Of a DNA stretch of 64,000 bases, positions 16,140 to 25,568 are shown piece after piece. A model generated the notes under the pieces. It was not told the DNA's origin and made no database searches. It saw only the letters and a program-made list of their open reading frames with translations. Position numbers and translations under genes: made by a program. Source of the DNA: a virus; the IMG/VR virus record IMGVR_UViG_3300043179_000079, positions 1,138-65,137 of that record; one strand, given 5' to 3'. Position 1 is the stretch's first letter. Each line of letters starts with the position of its first letter.

Positions 16140-18641
16140 TTACGCGCTCTGCTGGACCTGGGTGATCTGGAACGTGATGGGCACGAACGCGATGGCCGTG
16201 GCCAGCTTCACCTCGGCCTGCACGATCATGGTGTTGCCCCGCACCTGGATCTTGGCGTTCCGGAAGCCCTTCGGGGCGTCGTCCGAGGCCGCGATGAGCT
16301 TCAGCCGGCGCAGGTCCTCGAAGATGCCCTCCAGGACCGTGAGGCCGACCGAGGCGCCGACGTCCGCCACCGACTGGCCGACGATCGCCTTCTCCATCCG
16401 GGTGGCCGCCGTGAGGGCGACCGTGTCGGCCCCGTAGACCGCCTGCACGCTGTTGAAGACGAAGTTGTCGTCCTTGCCGTAGGTGGTCTGGTCGGACACC
16501 CACACGAAGCCGCCGCCCTCGTCCTTGCGGACCGGGAGCAGGCCCGAGAGGAGGGCGTCCTCGACCGCGCTGTCGCTGTTGGGGTTGAACGACCCGTCCG
16601 CGTGCACCGCGCCCGAGACGTTGATGCCCTTCCGCATGATGCTGCGGTAGAAGCCCGCCGCCTGCATGGCCGCGGCCTTGACCGCGAACATCCAGGGCCG
16701 CTGCTGGACCACCGTGCCCACCGAGTTCGGCGTGCGGGCGTCCTGGAACGTCATCGAGCAGCGGAAGCTGGCGACGTTGGACGCCGCCTCCTTGTCGCTG
16801 TCGAAGTCGCCCCGGTGCGACAGGAAGGCCTGCCGGTTGCGGCGCTTCTTCAGCGTGGACATCGAGAGCACGTGGCTCTTGACGTTGGCGTTGACGCCGT
16901 CGATGGTGTAGGTCGAGCCCGAGTCCGTCAGGCCGTCCGCGACGTCGTCCGCCGCGTCGTTGCTGAACAGGGGGACGACGAAGTTGAGCCTCACCGCCTC
17001 CAGGGCGACGCAGGCCGCCAGGACGTCGGCGTCGGCCGTGGCCCCGCGGGTGCCGCCCGAGAGGAAGGCCGCGGCGGCCGGCTGCGGGACTCCCGCGGCC
17101 TCCTGGGCCTCGGGGTCGTTGAGCTGCACCAGCACCGACTCCTGGACCCGCTTGAAGAAGCGGTAGGCGTCCTGCTTGATGCCGCCGGTCTTGGCGCCGT
17201 ACGTGGTGCCGATGCCGGTGCCCGCCGTCTCGTCGAGCGAGGTGGCCGGCTGCTGTCCGAGGACCGCGGTCCCGGCGGACGCCGTGAACCCGGTCAGGGT
17301 GCTGAGATAGGCGGCCAGGTCGGCGATCGTGCCGAAGTCGGCCAGGGTGATGGGGTCGGGGCTGGAGCCGGCGCCCCCGACCACCGTGATAGTCATGACG
17401 CCGTCGGCGATGACCACGGTGCCGTCGGTGCCCTCGTATCCGAGGCGCAGGACGACCGGGCCGCCCGCCGTCAGCTCCTCCGTGATCGAGTCGAGCTGGC
17501 GGGAGACCGTCAGCATCGGCACGTACTCCGAGGCGGAGTAGATGACCGTCGGGGCCGCCGCGGTCGAGATCCAGTCCACGGGCTCGTCGGTGAGGGCGTA
17601 GGCGTTGTAGGTGAACCGGCCGGTGGCCGTGGTCAGCTCGTTGACCTCCATGCTCTTGCCGACGCCGTCGTACGGGGTCGGGCTCTCGTCGTTCGTGATC
17701 GTGACCGGGGAGTAAGCCACGAGGTCGGCCGTGGTCGAGGTGATGGCCACCGCGCCCACCGCCACCGGGGCGGTCTTCTCGTTGCCCACCGCGCCGTCGG
17801 CGTCGAGGAGCTTGGTCGCGCTGATGACCGTGCTGGTCGCCGCCGTGACGACGTACGAGCCGGCGTTCTGGCTGGAGCCGCCCTCGATGACCGACCCGGT
17901 CGGGATGTACATCAGGTCGCCGACCGACGGGGTGGTGGTCCACGCCGTGGACTTGGTGACCGTGACGTCGAAGCCGCTCACCACCGCCAGGGCCAGGGTG
18001 CCGGCCACGACCGTGATGATGCCGCGGTTGACGCCGCCGGTGGCCGCGACGCCCGCGAGGGCGCCGACGCCGGCCACGAAGGTGTCGGGCATCTCGTCGG
18101 CCGCGATGCTGTAGAGCAGCGACGAGGAGCCGGTCAGGCGGATGCTGATGTCGGTGGCGACCGTCGGGGGAGCGAAGGTGAAGGGGCCCGAGGTCGGGGG
18201 GTCCTCCTCGGTGACCGCCTCGACGGTGCGCGAGATCAGGTTGCCCGGCTTGCCCGGCATGCGGGCGACCAGGTCCATGGAGTCCCCGCCCCAGTTGGTG
18301 AGGGACGAGGAGGCCGCGGCCGACACGTTGGTCTTGACCAGGACGATGCGCTGGAACGCGCCCTGGATGTCGGGGTCGTTCGCGGCGGCCATCGCCTCGC
18401 GGCACGCGTCAACGAGCGGGCCCGAGCCGTACTTCGCGACGATCTCGGCGAGCTGGTCGGGGCCGAACGCGTTCTCCTGGAGGTCCTCCTCCTTGGTGAA
18501 GTCCGGGCCCTGGTCGGCCTCGCCGATCACGGCGAGGACGCCGACGGTCGAGAGGCCGGCCGAGCTGCGCTCGACCTTGGTCTGGGCGTAGGCGCCCGGG
18601 ATGATCAGGACGCCCGCGTCGGTGGGGAATGAAAGTGCCAT
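16140..18641 (-). CDS. tail sheath protein
   Basis: 833 aa; N-terminal PGAY.......S and IG.A..G; C-terminal sheath-like domain ending I.FVPITF.I. Confidence 0.85.
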   Translation of the reverse strand: MALSFPTDAGVLIIPGAYAQTKVERSSAGLSTVGVLAVIGEADQGPDFTKEEDLQENAFGPDQLAEIVAKYGSGPLVDACREAMAAANDPDIQGAFQRIVLVKTNVSAAASSSLTNWGGDSMDLVARMPGKPGNLISRTVEAVTEEDPPTSGPFTFAPPTVATDISIRLTGSSSLLYSIAADEMPDTFVAGVGALAGVAATGGVNRGIITVVAGTLALAVVSGFDVTVTKSTAWTTTPSVGDLMYIPTGSVIEGGSSQNAGSYVVTAATSTVISATKLLDADGAVGNEKTAPVAVGAVAITSTTADLVAYSPVTITNDESPTPYDGVGKSMEVNELTTATGRFTYNAYALTDEPVDWISTAAAPTVIYSASEYVPMLTVSRQLDSITEELTAGGPVVLRLGYEGTDGTVVIADGVMTITVVGGAGSSPDPITLADFGTIADLAAYLSTLTGFTASAGTAVLGQQPATSLDETAGTGIGTTYGAKTGGIKQDAYRFFKRVQESVLVQLNDPEAQEAAGVPQPAAAAFLSGGTRGATADADVLAACVALEAVRLNFVVPLFSNDAADDVADGLTDSGSTYTIDGVNANVKSHVLSMSTLKKRRNRQAFLSHRGDFDSDKEAASNVASFRCSMTFQDARTPNSVGTVVQQRPWMFAVKAAAMQAAGFYRSIMRKGINVSGAVHADGSFNPNSDSAVEDALLSGLLPVRKDEGGGFVWVSDQTTYGKDDNFVFNSVQAVYGADTVALTAATRMEKAIVGQSVADVGASVGLTVLEGIFEDLRRLKLIAASDDAPKGFRNAKIQVRGNTMIVQAEVKLATAIAFVPITFQITQVQQSA

Positions 18642-18655
18642 CTGTTCTCTCCTCT

Positions 18656-18662
18656 TAGATTG
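18656..18662 (-). promoter_or_regulatory. candidate late-promoter box CAATCTA
   Basis: Immediately upstream of sheath SD (GAGGAG). Confidence 0.6.
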
Positions 18663-18671
18663 CTTCCTGAA

Positions 18672-19865
18672 CTAGCAGGCGCCCGAGTGCTCCGCCTTGC
18701 GACACACCGAGCATCTCTCGAACTTACCCAGCACCCTGTCGCCCAGCTCCTTGCGGGCCAGGTGTCCCCCGTGGGGCATCTTGGTCGGGCTCGAAGCGAT
18801 GGAGCGGAAGTTGCCCAGCTCCTGGTTCACGTGCGCGATCGAGCCCTTGGGGGCGGTCATGCCCGGCAGCTTGGGGCGCTTGGTGTTCATCGCGGTGACC
18901 AGGTGGGTCATGTCCGGGTCCGGCTTGCCCTCGGCCTTGGCGGTCGGTTTCTTCACCTCGGGTGGGATCTTCGTCGTCCCCAGCTCCTTGCGGGGCTCCT
19001 TGTCGAACTCGGTGGCGGGCGCCGGGTCGGCGGCCAGGGAGCCGGTCTTCGGGCGGGGGCCGGCGGCCCTCCATGCCTTCGCCATCTTCTTCGGGCCCCT
19101 GTCCGACGGATGGAGGACCGTGGGCTCCCGCTCCATCAGCTTCGAGACCACGTCGTCCGGCGGGGATGTGTGGGACCAGCCCATGCCGCAGTTCCGGCAG
19201 CGGAAGTGCTCCTTCGACCCGAGGTTGCCCAGCAGCATGCCGGGGCCCGAGCAGGTCGGGCACGAGGGGCCGGCGGCGAGGTCGTCGTCCTCGGACTTCG
19301 AGACCTTGGAGCCGGCGGCCGCCATGCGAAAGTGCTCCGCGTACACGCGCCGGGTCTCGTCATCGTGGTGGTCCCCGAGGTGTCCGTGGTCGCGAGACAT
19401 CGAATAGTGGTTGTTGATCACGTGGTTGGACGGATGTACCGTCACGTGGGCCGGCGACGATCCGGCCATCCTGCGTCGAAACCCGTCCCCGTCGAGCGCG
19501 GCCCGGGCCTTGATCTTGGCGTGCTTGTCGTCCTCGGCCATGGCCATCGGGGTGGCGGCAGGTCCCGTCGGCGTGGACTGCACACCGTAGCCCATGGCGG
19601 CGTTCTTCTTCATCGAGTCCTTGTGGATCTTCCAGGCGGCGGCGAAGGCCTTCTCGGGCTCACCCGGGTACTGCGCCTTCAGCTCGTGCATCCTGGCCTC
19701 GCTGAAGCCGGGGGGCGCCTTCTTCTCCAGCTCGGCCTTGGCCAGCTCCTCGGCGGCCGACAGCTCCCTGAGGTGCGCCTCGTGGTCTTCAAGGGCCTTC
19801 TTCAGGGCGCTCGCAAGACCCTTCCTCACCCCGTCAAAGGACCGCGTAGCTGCTGGCTCACTCAT
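18672..19865 (-). CDS. putative processed head-associated protein with zinc ribbons
   Basis: LAKAE, VSKSE, MAKAW motifs; CPTC...CRNC and CSVC; start MSEPAAT after GGGGGAGA. Confidence 0.7.
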   Translation of the reverse strand: MSEPAATRSFDGVRKGLASALKKALEDHEAHLRELSAAEELAKAELEKKAPPGFSEARMHELKAQYPGEPEKAFAAAWKIHKDSMKKNAAMGYGVQSTPTGPAATPMAMAEDDKHAKIKARAALDGDGFRRRMAGSSPAHVTVHPSNHVINNHYSMSRDHGHLGDHHDDETRRVYAEHFRMAAAGSKVSKSEDDDLAAGPSCPTCSGPGMLLGNLGSKEHFRCRNCGMGWSHTSPPDDVVSKLMEREPTVLHPSDRGPKKMAKAWRAAGPRPKTGSLAADPAPATEFDKEPRKELGTTKIPPEVKKPTAKAEGKPDPDMTHLVTAMNTKRPKLPGMTAPKGSIAHVNQELGNFRSIASSPTKMPHGGHLARKELGDRVLGKFERCSVCRKAEHSGAC

Positions 19866-19894
19866 CCGGATTGGTCTCCCCCGCTTCGGGCATG

Positions 19895-19901
19895 AAGATT
19901 G
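19895..19901 (-). promoter_or_regulatory. candidate late-promoter box CAATCTT
   Basis: 29 nt upstream of ATG 19865. Confidence 0.5.
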
Positions 19902-19971
19902 TCCGAGGGTTGACAACAAATCGGTCGGAAAAACTACACGATGGCGCGACGACCCTTACAAGACCGCGCGA

Positions 19972-19978
19972 CAATCTG
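19972..19978 (+). promoter_or_regulatory. candidate late-promoter box CAATCTG
   Basis: 6 nt before ATG 19985. Confidence 0.5.
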
Positions 19979-19984
19979 GAGGAC

Positions 19985-20728
19985 ATGATCGAACAGTTCC
20001 GCTGCACCCGCTGCCTCCAGACGAAGCCGAGGGCCGACTTTCATGAAAACCCCTCTAGCCGAGCAAGAAGGCCGGTGGTGTACGTTTGCAAGTCATGCCG
20101 CACAACCGTCCGGACCCAGAAAAGGCTGTACAAGTACGGGACCGTCTGCGTTACCTGCAACGAGCCTGGGCCGACGTACGACGACAAGTGCGGTAAATGC
20201 TTGAAGAGATGCGGGTTGAAATACTGTCGCTCCTGCAGGAGAGTCCAAAGCCGCACCGAGTTCTACCCCCACAGGGCCATATGTCTCTCCTGTGAGAAGT
20301 CCCTGGATAGACGCACCGAGACGTACATGGCCATCCTGGAGAAAAAACGAAAAAGGAAGGAAGAGGTCCGTCTTAAGCAGTGCGTCACGTGCAGAAAAAC
20401 CAAGCCGAAGGACGAGTTTTACCGAAGAGACGAGTGCACTACCTGCTCCGACGCGGTGTCTGACGAACAACACAGGGATCGATACCGAGGCTGGATGCTG
20501 CGCAAGCTGTACAACCTATCTCTCGACGACTACGAGCGGATGAAGCAAGAGCAGGGCGGGGTCTGCAAAATATGCAAGGGTTCCAGTTCGACGAAAGCCC
20601 TCGTGGTCGATCACTGCCATCTTTCCGGCAAGGTACGCGGGCTCCTGTGCCATAACTGCAACACAGGCCTGGGCATGTTCCGCGACAACCCCATGACGAT
20701 GAGGTCGGCAGCAGACTATCTGGGTTGA
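19985..20728 (+). CDS. endonuclease VII-type homing endonuclease with N-terminal zinc fingers
   Basis: QGGVCKIC...LVVDHCH.SGKVRGLLCHNCN.GLG.FRD; lower GC. Confidence 0.9.
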   Translation: MIEQFRCTRCLQTKPRADFHENPSSRARRPVVYVCKSCRTTVRTQKRLYKYGTVCVTCNEPGPTYDDKCGKCLKRCGLKYCRSCRRVQSRTEFYPHRAICLSCEKSLDRRTETYMAILEKKRKRKEEVRLKQCVTCRKTKPKDEFYRRDECTTCSDAVSDEQHRDRYRGWMLRKLYNLSLDDYERMKQEQGGVCKICKGSSSTKALVVDHCHLSGKVRGLLCHNCNTGLGMFRDNPMTMRSAADYLG

Positions 20729-20937
20729 GGGCCCAGAGAAGTCAGCGGAAGGCACGGACATCGATCGACGTGGGGCGCCACCCCCCCGCCGCACGCTGGG
20801 CAGATCCAGCCCCTAGCCTCCACCTGGGGACCAAGGGGCGTGAAGGTCACCCACCCCGCCATGTGCCGAGGGCACCGCCCGCACGTCGAGCCCATGCAGG
20901 CCAGGCACGGCCCGATCGGCAGCAGGTCCTGCGACAC
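20716..20937 (-). CDS. small Cys-rich hypothetical protein
   Basis: CLAC, CGRC, GWICPACGGGVAPHVDRCPC. Confidence 0.6.
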   Translation of the reverse strand: MSQDLLPIGPCLACMGSTCGRCPRHMAGWVTFTPLGPQVEARGWICPACGGGVAPHVDRCPCLPLTSLGPQPR

Positions 20938-21002
20938 GATCTCGGCTCCGACCGCCCCCGGCAGGGGGCGGCAGTTCTATCCTCACCGCTCCGTCCATCC
21001 CT

Positions 21003-21818
21003 CTATCCCTTTTTCTGCCGCAGCAGGTCGTGCTCGCCCCTCAGCCCCATCTCCGCCGCCGAGTTCCGCACCGCCCCGAGGGCGACCTCCAGGGGGACCT
21101 GGTGGGCGTGGGGCTGGAACCCCTCGTCCCCCGGCTCGCTGAGCCTGCCCGTAACCGCCCTGTGGACGGCGTCGTGGAGCACCGTGTTATACTCGCGGTT
21201 GAAGTCCTGGTCCGAGGCGTGCACTCCGATCGACGCCAGCAGCTCGCGCTGCTTGTGCGCCGCCAGGTGCTCCCAGTGGACGGCCCGCATGGCCTCCCTC
21301 TGGGTCCTCTGCCGGCCCAGGCCGCCCATGCGCCGGCCCTCCCCGTAGACCTGGTTGACCTCGGGGTAGGTGAGGGCGTGGGCCAGCTCGTGCGTCTTGC
21401 GCCAGGCGTCCGTGTAGGCCCGGTGCCCTAAGTCCCCGCCCGAGCCCTCCTCGGGGTCCCAGATCATGAGGTGCTTGGTGTCGTAGTTCTTGTTGGCCAG
21501 GTCGGCCCGGCCGTGCTTCCCCCCGGCGTAGTAGGCCTGGTAGCCGTGGTGGGCCAGCAGGCGCTCCACCTCCGGCCCCTTGTGCTCCAGGCCGTGGTAG
21601 AACTTGAGGCTCGGCCTCGACCCGGGCTCCACCCGACCGTAGGGGGCCGCGAACCGTCCGTACTCCTTCGAGCTGCCCGCCACCGAGGCCTGCTCGTTGG
21701 TGGCGTGGGCCTTGCCGCCCCCGAACTCGTCCTTGCGCAGGCGCGACAGCGCCGACATCGAGGTGAGCACGCCGGGGCCCAGGTGGCGCTGGTGGCCGGG
21801 TAGGCGTGCGGGTGGCAC
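21003..21818 (-). CDS. zincin-like metallopeptidase domain protein
   Basis: THELAH (21378-21392) plus downstream WEH; LRKDE near N-terminus; start uncertain. Confidence 0.65.
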   Translation of the reverse strand: MPPARLPGHQRHLGPGVLTSMSALSRLRKDEFGGGKAHATNEQASVAGSSKEYGRFAAPYGRVEPGSRPSLKFYHGLEHKGPEVERLLAHHGYQAYYAGGKHGRADLANKNYDTKHLMIWDPEEGSGGDLGHRAYTDAWRKTHELAHALTYPEVNQVYGEGRRMGGLGRQRTQREAMRAVHWEHLAAHKQRELLASIGVHASDQDFNREYNTVLHDAVHRAVTGRLSEPGDEGFQPHAHQVPLEVALGAVRNSAAEMGLRGEHDLLRQKKG

Positions 21819-21819
21819 G

Positions 21820-22188
21820 GCCTACACCCCTTGAGAGACAAGAGACGCCTGGTCGCTGGTGACACAATGCGTCCGGGTTCACCTTCTCCGCCATCGCTCA
21901 TATTGGTCAGGCGCGCCCCCACATATCTCCAGTACGAAATCCAAAATCTCTCCGCCTCGGCGGTCTCGGCAGGAGAGGAGAAGCCTTCCTCCAAAACCTC
22001 CACCTCAGGCTTCGACCCCTGAACCAGCTATTTTTGTAGCTCTTCTTTCTAAGAGAATGTACGGAAAAATGGGCTGAGATCCTCTTCCATCCCTGACACG
22101 ACTTTCCAACGTAACGCATCTCTCACGTCCGTGGATCAATTAGGGCGTAAACGAAGAACTTAGATGATGTTTTTTGCGACAAGAGCAT
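21820..22188 (-). pseudogene. degraded GIY-YIG homing endonuclease
   Basis: MLLSQKTSSKFFVYALIDPRT*EMRYVGKS...(frameshift)...VLEE...AEAERFWI...LTNMSDGGEG; AT-rich. Confidence 0.8.
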
Positions 22189-23134
22189 CGGAAGCCAACC
22201 ACGCTTCGTCTTCGGGGGTAGAATCTGCCGATACAAAAGGCTCACCCGGAACACCAGGTCTAGCCACCCCTACCTGTGTCCCGACCGAGTACAGGCGCCC
22301 GGCCACCGCCTTCGGCCACACGCTCATCGCCGTCCCGGTCAGGTTCAGGTACCGGGCGTAGGCGACGTCGCTCTCCATGAGGTCCAGACGCTGGGCGGGG
22401 GCGCTGGAGACCTGGGAGGCCTGGAAGCCGCGCGCCTCCAGGAGGTCCTGGCGGCGGCGCATCAGGACGAACACCACGAGGCTGTGCAGGTAGGTCAGGT
22501 GGACCACCTCCCCGCCCACGAAGCACCCGATCTGGTAGGTCTCCCGGAACTGGGCCGACTCCAGGGCCGCCTGCCGGGAGGGCCGGGCGCCCCTGATGGT
22601 CGAGCCGCGCAGGTCCGCCACCGTGCCGGCGGCGATGGTGACGGTCTGCCCGTCCACCTCCAGGACCTCGTGCTGCCGCCCCTCTCGGTCAACCAGGACC
22701 ATGCCCGGCACCACCACCAGCGTGACCGAGGCAGGCAGGACGACCGCGCCGGTGGCCGGGTCGTAGGAGTCCGGGTCGAAGGGGCCGGCCAGGGCGGGCC
22801 ACTGGGTGTCGTCCGGCTCCGAGGTGTCGTGGTGGACGTCCCCGAGCGTGTTGGCGATCTCCACCGACTCCATCAGGCCGATGCTGACGCAGGGCAGGAC
22901 GGGGCCGGCGTACAGCGAGGTGGCCATGACCACCTTGATCTCGGTGCGCTGGAACCACTCCTTGGCCCGGTCGATCTCGCGCTGCCCGTAGCTGCCCTTG
23001 GTCAGCTCGTCCTCGCGGAGGCTGGCGAAGGCGTAGTCGAGCAGCCACGGCTCCCGGCGCAGCTCCCGCAGGCCCTCGACCAGGGCGCCGCGCACTACAA
23101 CATCACTCTGGAAGATCCCGGTAGCTTCCGCCAC
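22160..23134 (-). CDS. putative neck/tail-completion protein
   Basis: Position upstream of sheath; 324 aa; function by synteny only. Confidence 0.6.
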   Translation of the reverse strand: MAEATGIFQSDVVVRGALVEGLRELRREPWLLDYAFASLREDELTKGSYGQREIDRAKEWFQRTEIKVVMATSLYAGPVLPCVSIGLMESVEIANTLGDVHHDTSEPDDTQWPALAGPFDPDSYDPATGAVVLPASVTLVVVPGMVLVDREGRQHEVLEVDGQTVTIAAGTVADLRGSTIRGARPSRQAALESAQFRETYQIGCFVGGEVVHLTYLHSLVVFVLMRRRQDLLEARGFQASQVSSAPAQRLDLMESDVAYARYLNLTGTAMSVWPKAVAGRLYSVGTQVGVARPGVPGEPFVSADSTPEDEAWLASDALVAKNII

Positions 23135-23145
23135 TTAAGCCTCGT

Positions 23146-23484
23146 GTGATAAGATTACCCTACATGGTCACGGACCCGGAAGAGGTGGCGGCGGCCGGAC
23201 GCGTCATCCGCAGGTTCGTGGAGGACATGAGCATCCGCCTGCGCTTCGGGATGAAGATGCGGCGGGCCGTCCAGAAGACCATCGCCGCCGGCAAGACGCC
23301 CGAGGGGTACCGGCCGGACTGGACGATCAAGACCGCCCGGAGGATAATCGAGGTGCTGAAGGAGGCCGAGGCCGACTTCAACGCCCGGTACCCGTGGGAC
23401 CAGGTCAGCGTCCTGGACATGCACGACGTGGTGGCCACGGTCAGGGGCATGGTAAACGGAGGAGAGGAAGACGATGATGATTGA
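23146..23484 (+). CDS. hypothetical protein (start 23146 or 23164)
   Basis: Strong GC3 bias. Confidence 0.7.
   Translation: MIRLPYMVTDPEEVAAAGRVIRRFVEDMSIRLRFGMKMRRAVQKTIAAGKTPEGYRPDWTIKTARRIIEVLKEAEADFNARYPWDQVSVLDMHDVVATVRGMVNGGEEDDDD
23151..23157 (-). promoter_or_regulatory. candidate late-promoter box TAATCTT
   Basis: 16 nt upstream of GTG 23134. Confidence 0.5.
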
Positions 23485-23789
23485 CAAGGTCAAGGAAGTT
23501 GCTCAGGGCCGCCGCGTCCTCGGCCTACACGGCCCTCCTGTACTGCAGCGGGCTCGCGTGCGCGGCGCTCGGCTTCTCCTCGGAGTCTAGCCTAGACGCC
23601 TGGCTGGGGGCGATGGCGCTGGCGGCGTGCATGGTGGCCCTGGAGGCCCGGGCGAGGAGGCGCGGCCTGGAGGAAGGCTACCTCCAGGGGGTCCTGGTCC
23701 AGGAGAAGAGGGAGGTACGGGCGCTTAGATCGATGACGAGATCCGCTCCAGCAGGGCGGGGGCGACCTCGCGCTCGAAGGTCTCCATGA
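23481..23789 (+). CDS. two-TM membrane protein
   Basis: TTGA overlap start; two hydrophobic helices; tail overlaps convergent gene. Confidence 0.5.
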   Translation: MTRSRKLLRAAASSAYTALLYCSGLACAALGFSSESSLDAWLGAMALAACMVALEARARRRGLEEGYLQGVLVQEKREVRALRSMTRSAPAGRGRPRARRSP

Positions 23790-24570
23790 CCCAGTCGGCC
23801 ACGTCCTCCAGGATGTGCGCCCCCTCCAGGCCCGGGTGCTCCCAGCGGCCCTGACCGCGGTGCTTCTCCGAGGCCACCCGGAACGTCATGATGTCGCGAC
23901 GCACCCCGGCGCCCGCCTGCCGCTGGTAGACCCCCACCCCCCGCAGGAAGGGGATGCCCCCGCCCCCCGGCCCGCCCCCGCGGGCCTGGCGCTCGTTGGG
24001 GCCCTGCTTTACGTCCCCCACCGGGCCCCAGCCCTGCCCGGGGCCGACCCCGGTCTTGATGGGGCGGTCGTCGATCGAGAACTTGTGCAGCCGGCCGGTC
24101 AGGGCCCGGCCGGCGGCGTCCCGCTCGATCTTGCCGAAGGGGATGCCCCTCCGCTTCATCTCCGACTTGATGGTGTTCACCAGGGAGGCCTGGGCCGGGG
24201 TCACCGTGCTGCCCGCCCCGGGCCCGTGCCGGAAGGGCACGACCAGGTACCGGGTACCGTCCTTGGAGACCCGCGCCTTGGGGCTCTTGAGCAGGTCGTC
24301 CAGCATCGAGTGCGCCGGCAGGCCGTCGTCGATCCAGCGCGCCTTGGCTTCGAGCTGGATGAACCAGGTGCCGTCGTTGACCTGCTGCACCGACAGGCCG
24401 TCGAGGAACATCTGCCGGCGGGTGCGCAGCCTCTGGGCGGCCAGCTCGACCGCCCGGGCGTGGCCCATGGCCGTCAGGTCGCCCGCGGCCTTGCGCATCT
24501 CCCTGTCCGCGACCTGCCCCAGGTTGAGCAGGTCGATCAGGGCGCTCAGGTCCACCGAGGCCGAGAACAC
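23725..24570 (-). CDS. putative neck/tail-completion protein (HK97 gp10-like position)
   Basis: A...L...R..Y/F...L...YL.VPF.H...FR..S...W.HPG pattern of large-myovirus neck genes. Confidence 0.65.
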   Translation of the reverse strand: MFSASVDLSALIDLLNLGQVADREMRKAAGDLTAMGHARAVELAAQRLRTRRQMFLDGLSVQQVNDGTWFIQLEAKARWIDDGLPAHSMLDDLLKSPKARVSKDGTRYLVVPFRHGPGAGSTVTPAQASLVNTIKSEMKRRGIPFGKIERDAAGRALTGRLHKFSIDDRPIKTGVGPGQGWGPVGDVKQGPNERQARGGGPGGGGIPFLRGVGVYQRQAGAGVRRDIMTFRVASEKHRGQGRWEHPGLEGAHILEDVADWVMETFEREVAPALLERISSSI

Positions 24571-24581
24571 GGCGACCCTCC

Positions 24582-25568
24582 TTAGTGGATCGAGGGGTTG
24601 CGGGCGCTGGCGGGGTGCCCGGCCGGGTCCTGCGCCAGGACCATCCCCGAGCGGACGCTCACCCAGGATACGCTGCCGTCCTCGTGCCGGACCTTGACCT
24701 TGCCGTCGTGCTGGGTCCCGACCGGGAGGTTGAGCTTCACGCGACCCGCCTCGGCGCCTCCGATACCCTTCTCCACCGGGGCACCCTCGGCGGCCGGGGC
24801 GGGAGGGGCGGACGGGGGCGGGGCCGCCTCCGTCCTGGGCAGGAGCCTGGCGGCGTCCCGCACGGCGTCCAGCAGCTCGGCCAGGGCCTCGACCACGGCG
24901 GGGGCCCGCTCCTTGAGGGCGGCCAGCTCGCGGGCCCGGCCCTGCATGGCCCTCAGCACGCCGGCCAGGCGCTCGCGGGCCTCGTCGCCCTCCTTAGCGG
25001 CCCTGGCCTTCGAGGCGCCCTCGGTCTCCCCGGAGGCCTGGGCGGCCTCGCGCAGCTCGTCGGCCAGAGAGGCTTGAGCGGGCTTCTGGGTCTGGGGCTC
25101 GACCTCGGCCTTGCCCAGGCCGTCTCCGTACTCCTCGGCCATCTTGGCGCCCTCGGAACGCTCAGCGCTCAGGCTAGCCGCCACCTCGGCCTCTACCTCG
25201 GGGGAGTGCACCACGGCCCGGTCCCCGCCGCGCAGCTTGGCGGCGTACAGGGCCTTGGCGGCCTCGGACAGGCGCGCCCCGACCCCCACCGACACGGTGG
25301 CGCCGGTGGCCTCCTGGTACCTGGCCCGGACGTCCTCCAGCCGGTCTAGGCGGGCGGCGGACACGGTGGCCCGGCCCTCGTCCCCTCCCATCTGCACCAG
25401 GGCCCCTCCGCCCTCGACGCACCAGGACTCGAACACGCGGTTGCCGCGGTCGATGGCCCCGCTAAGGCGGGCCAGCTCCTCGGGCTGGTCGTGCATGGTG
25501 GCCAGCCCCACGAGGCGACCTATCCGGTCGCCATCCCAGGCGATCCACACGCTAGAGTCGAGTTTCAT
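24582..25568 (-). CDS. minimal CRISPR polymerase (mCpol)-like nucleotide cyclase domain plus C-terminal extension
   Basis: WDGDRIG (25527-25535), MGGDEG (25377-25388), TVSVGVG.RLSEA.KAL.AAK..G; followed by GLGKAE. Confidence 0.75.
   Translation of the reverse strand: MKLDSSVWIAWDGDRIGRLVGLATMHDQPEELARLSGAIDRGNRVFESWCVEGGGALVQMGGDEGRATVSAARLDRLEDVRARYQEATGATVSVGVGARLSEAAKALYAAKLRGGDRAVVHSPEVEAEVAASLSAERSEGAKMAEEYGDGLGKAEVEPQTQKPAQASLADELREAAQASGETEGASKARAAKEGDEARERLAGVLRAMQGRARELAALKERAPAVVEALAELLDAVRDAARLLPRTEAAPPPSAPPAPAAEGAPVEKGIGGAEAGRVKLNLPVGTQHDGKVKVRHEDGSVSWVSVRSGMVLAQDPAGHPASARNPSIH

Noticed and set aside
19910-19940. sigma70 promoter for the EndoVII HEG
   Set aside because: TTGACA present but no acceptable -10 at 16-18 nt; the CAATCT box explains expression better
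20813-20998. 61-aa minus-strand ORF after the zincin gene
   Set aside because: Overlaps the better-supported 20716..20937 in another frame; no motif support
22110-22130. Stop-codon reassignment (in-frame TGA in GIY-YIG; TAG before 30783)
   Set aside because: TGA, TAG and TAA all end many well-defined genes with tight overlaps, and the GIY-YIG also has a frameshift; standard code fits
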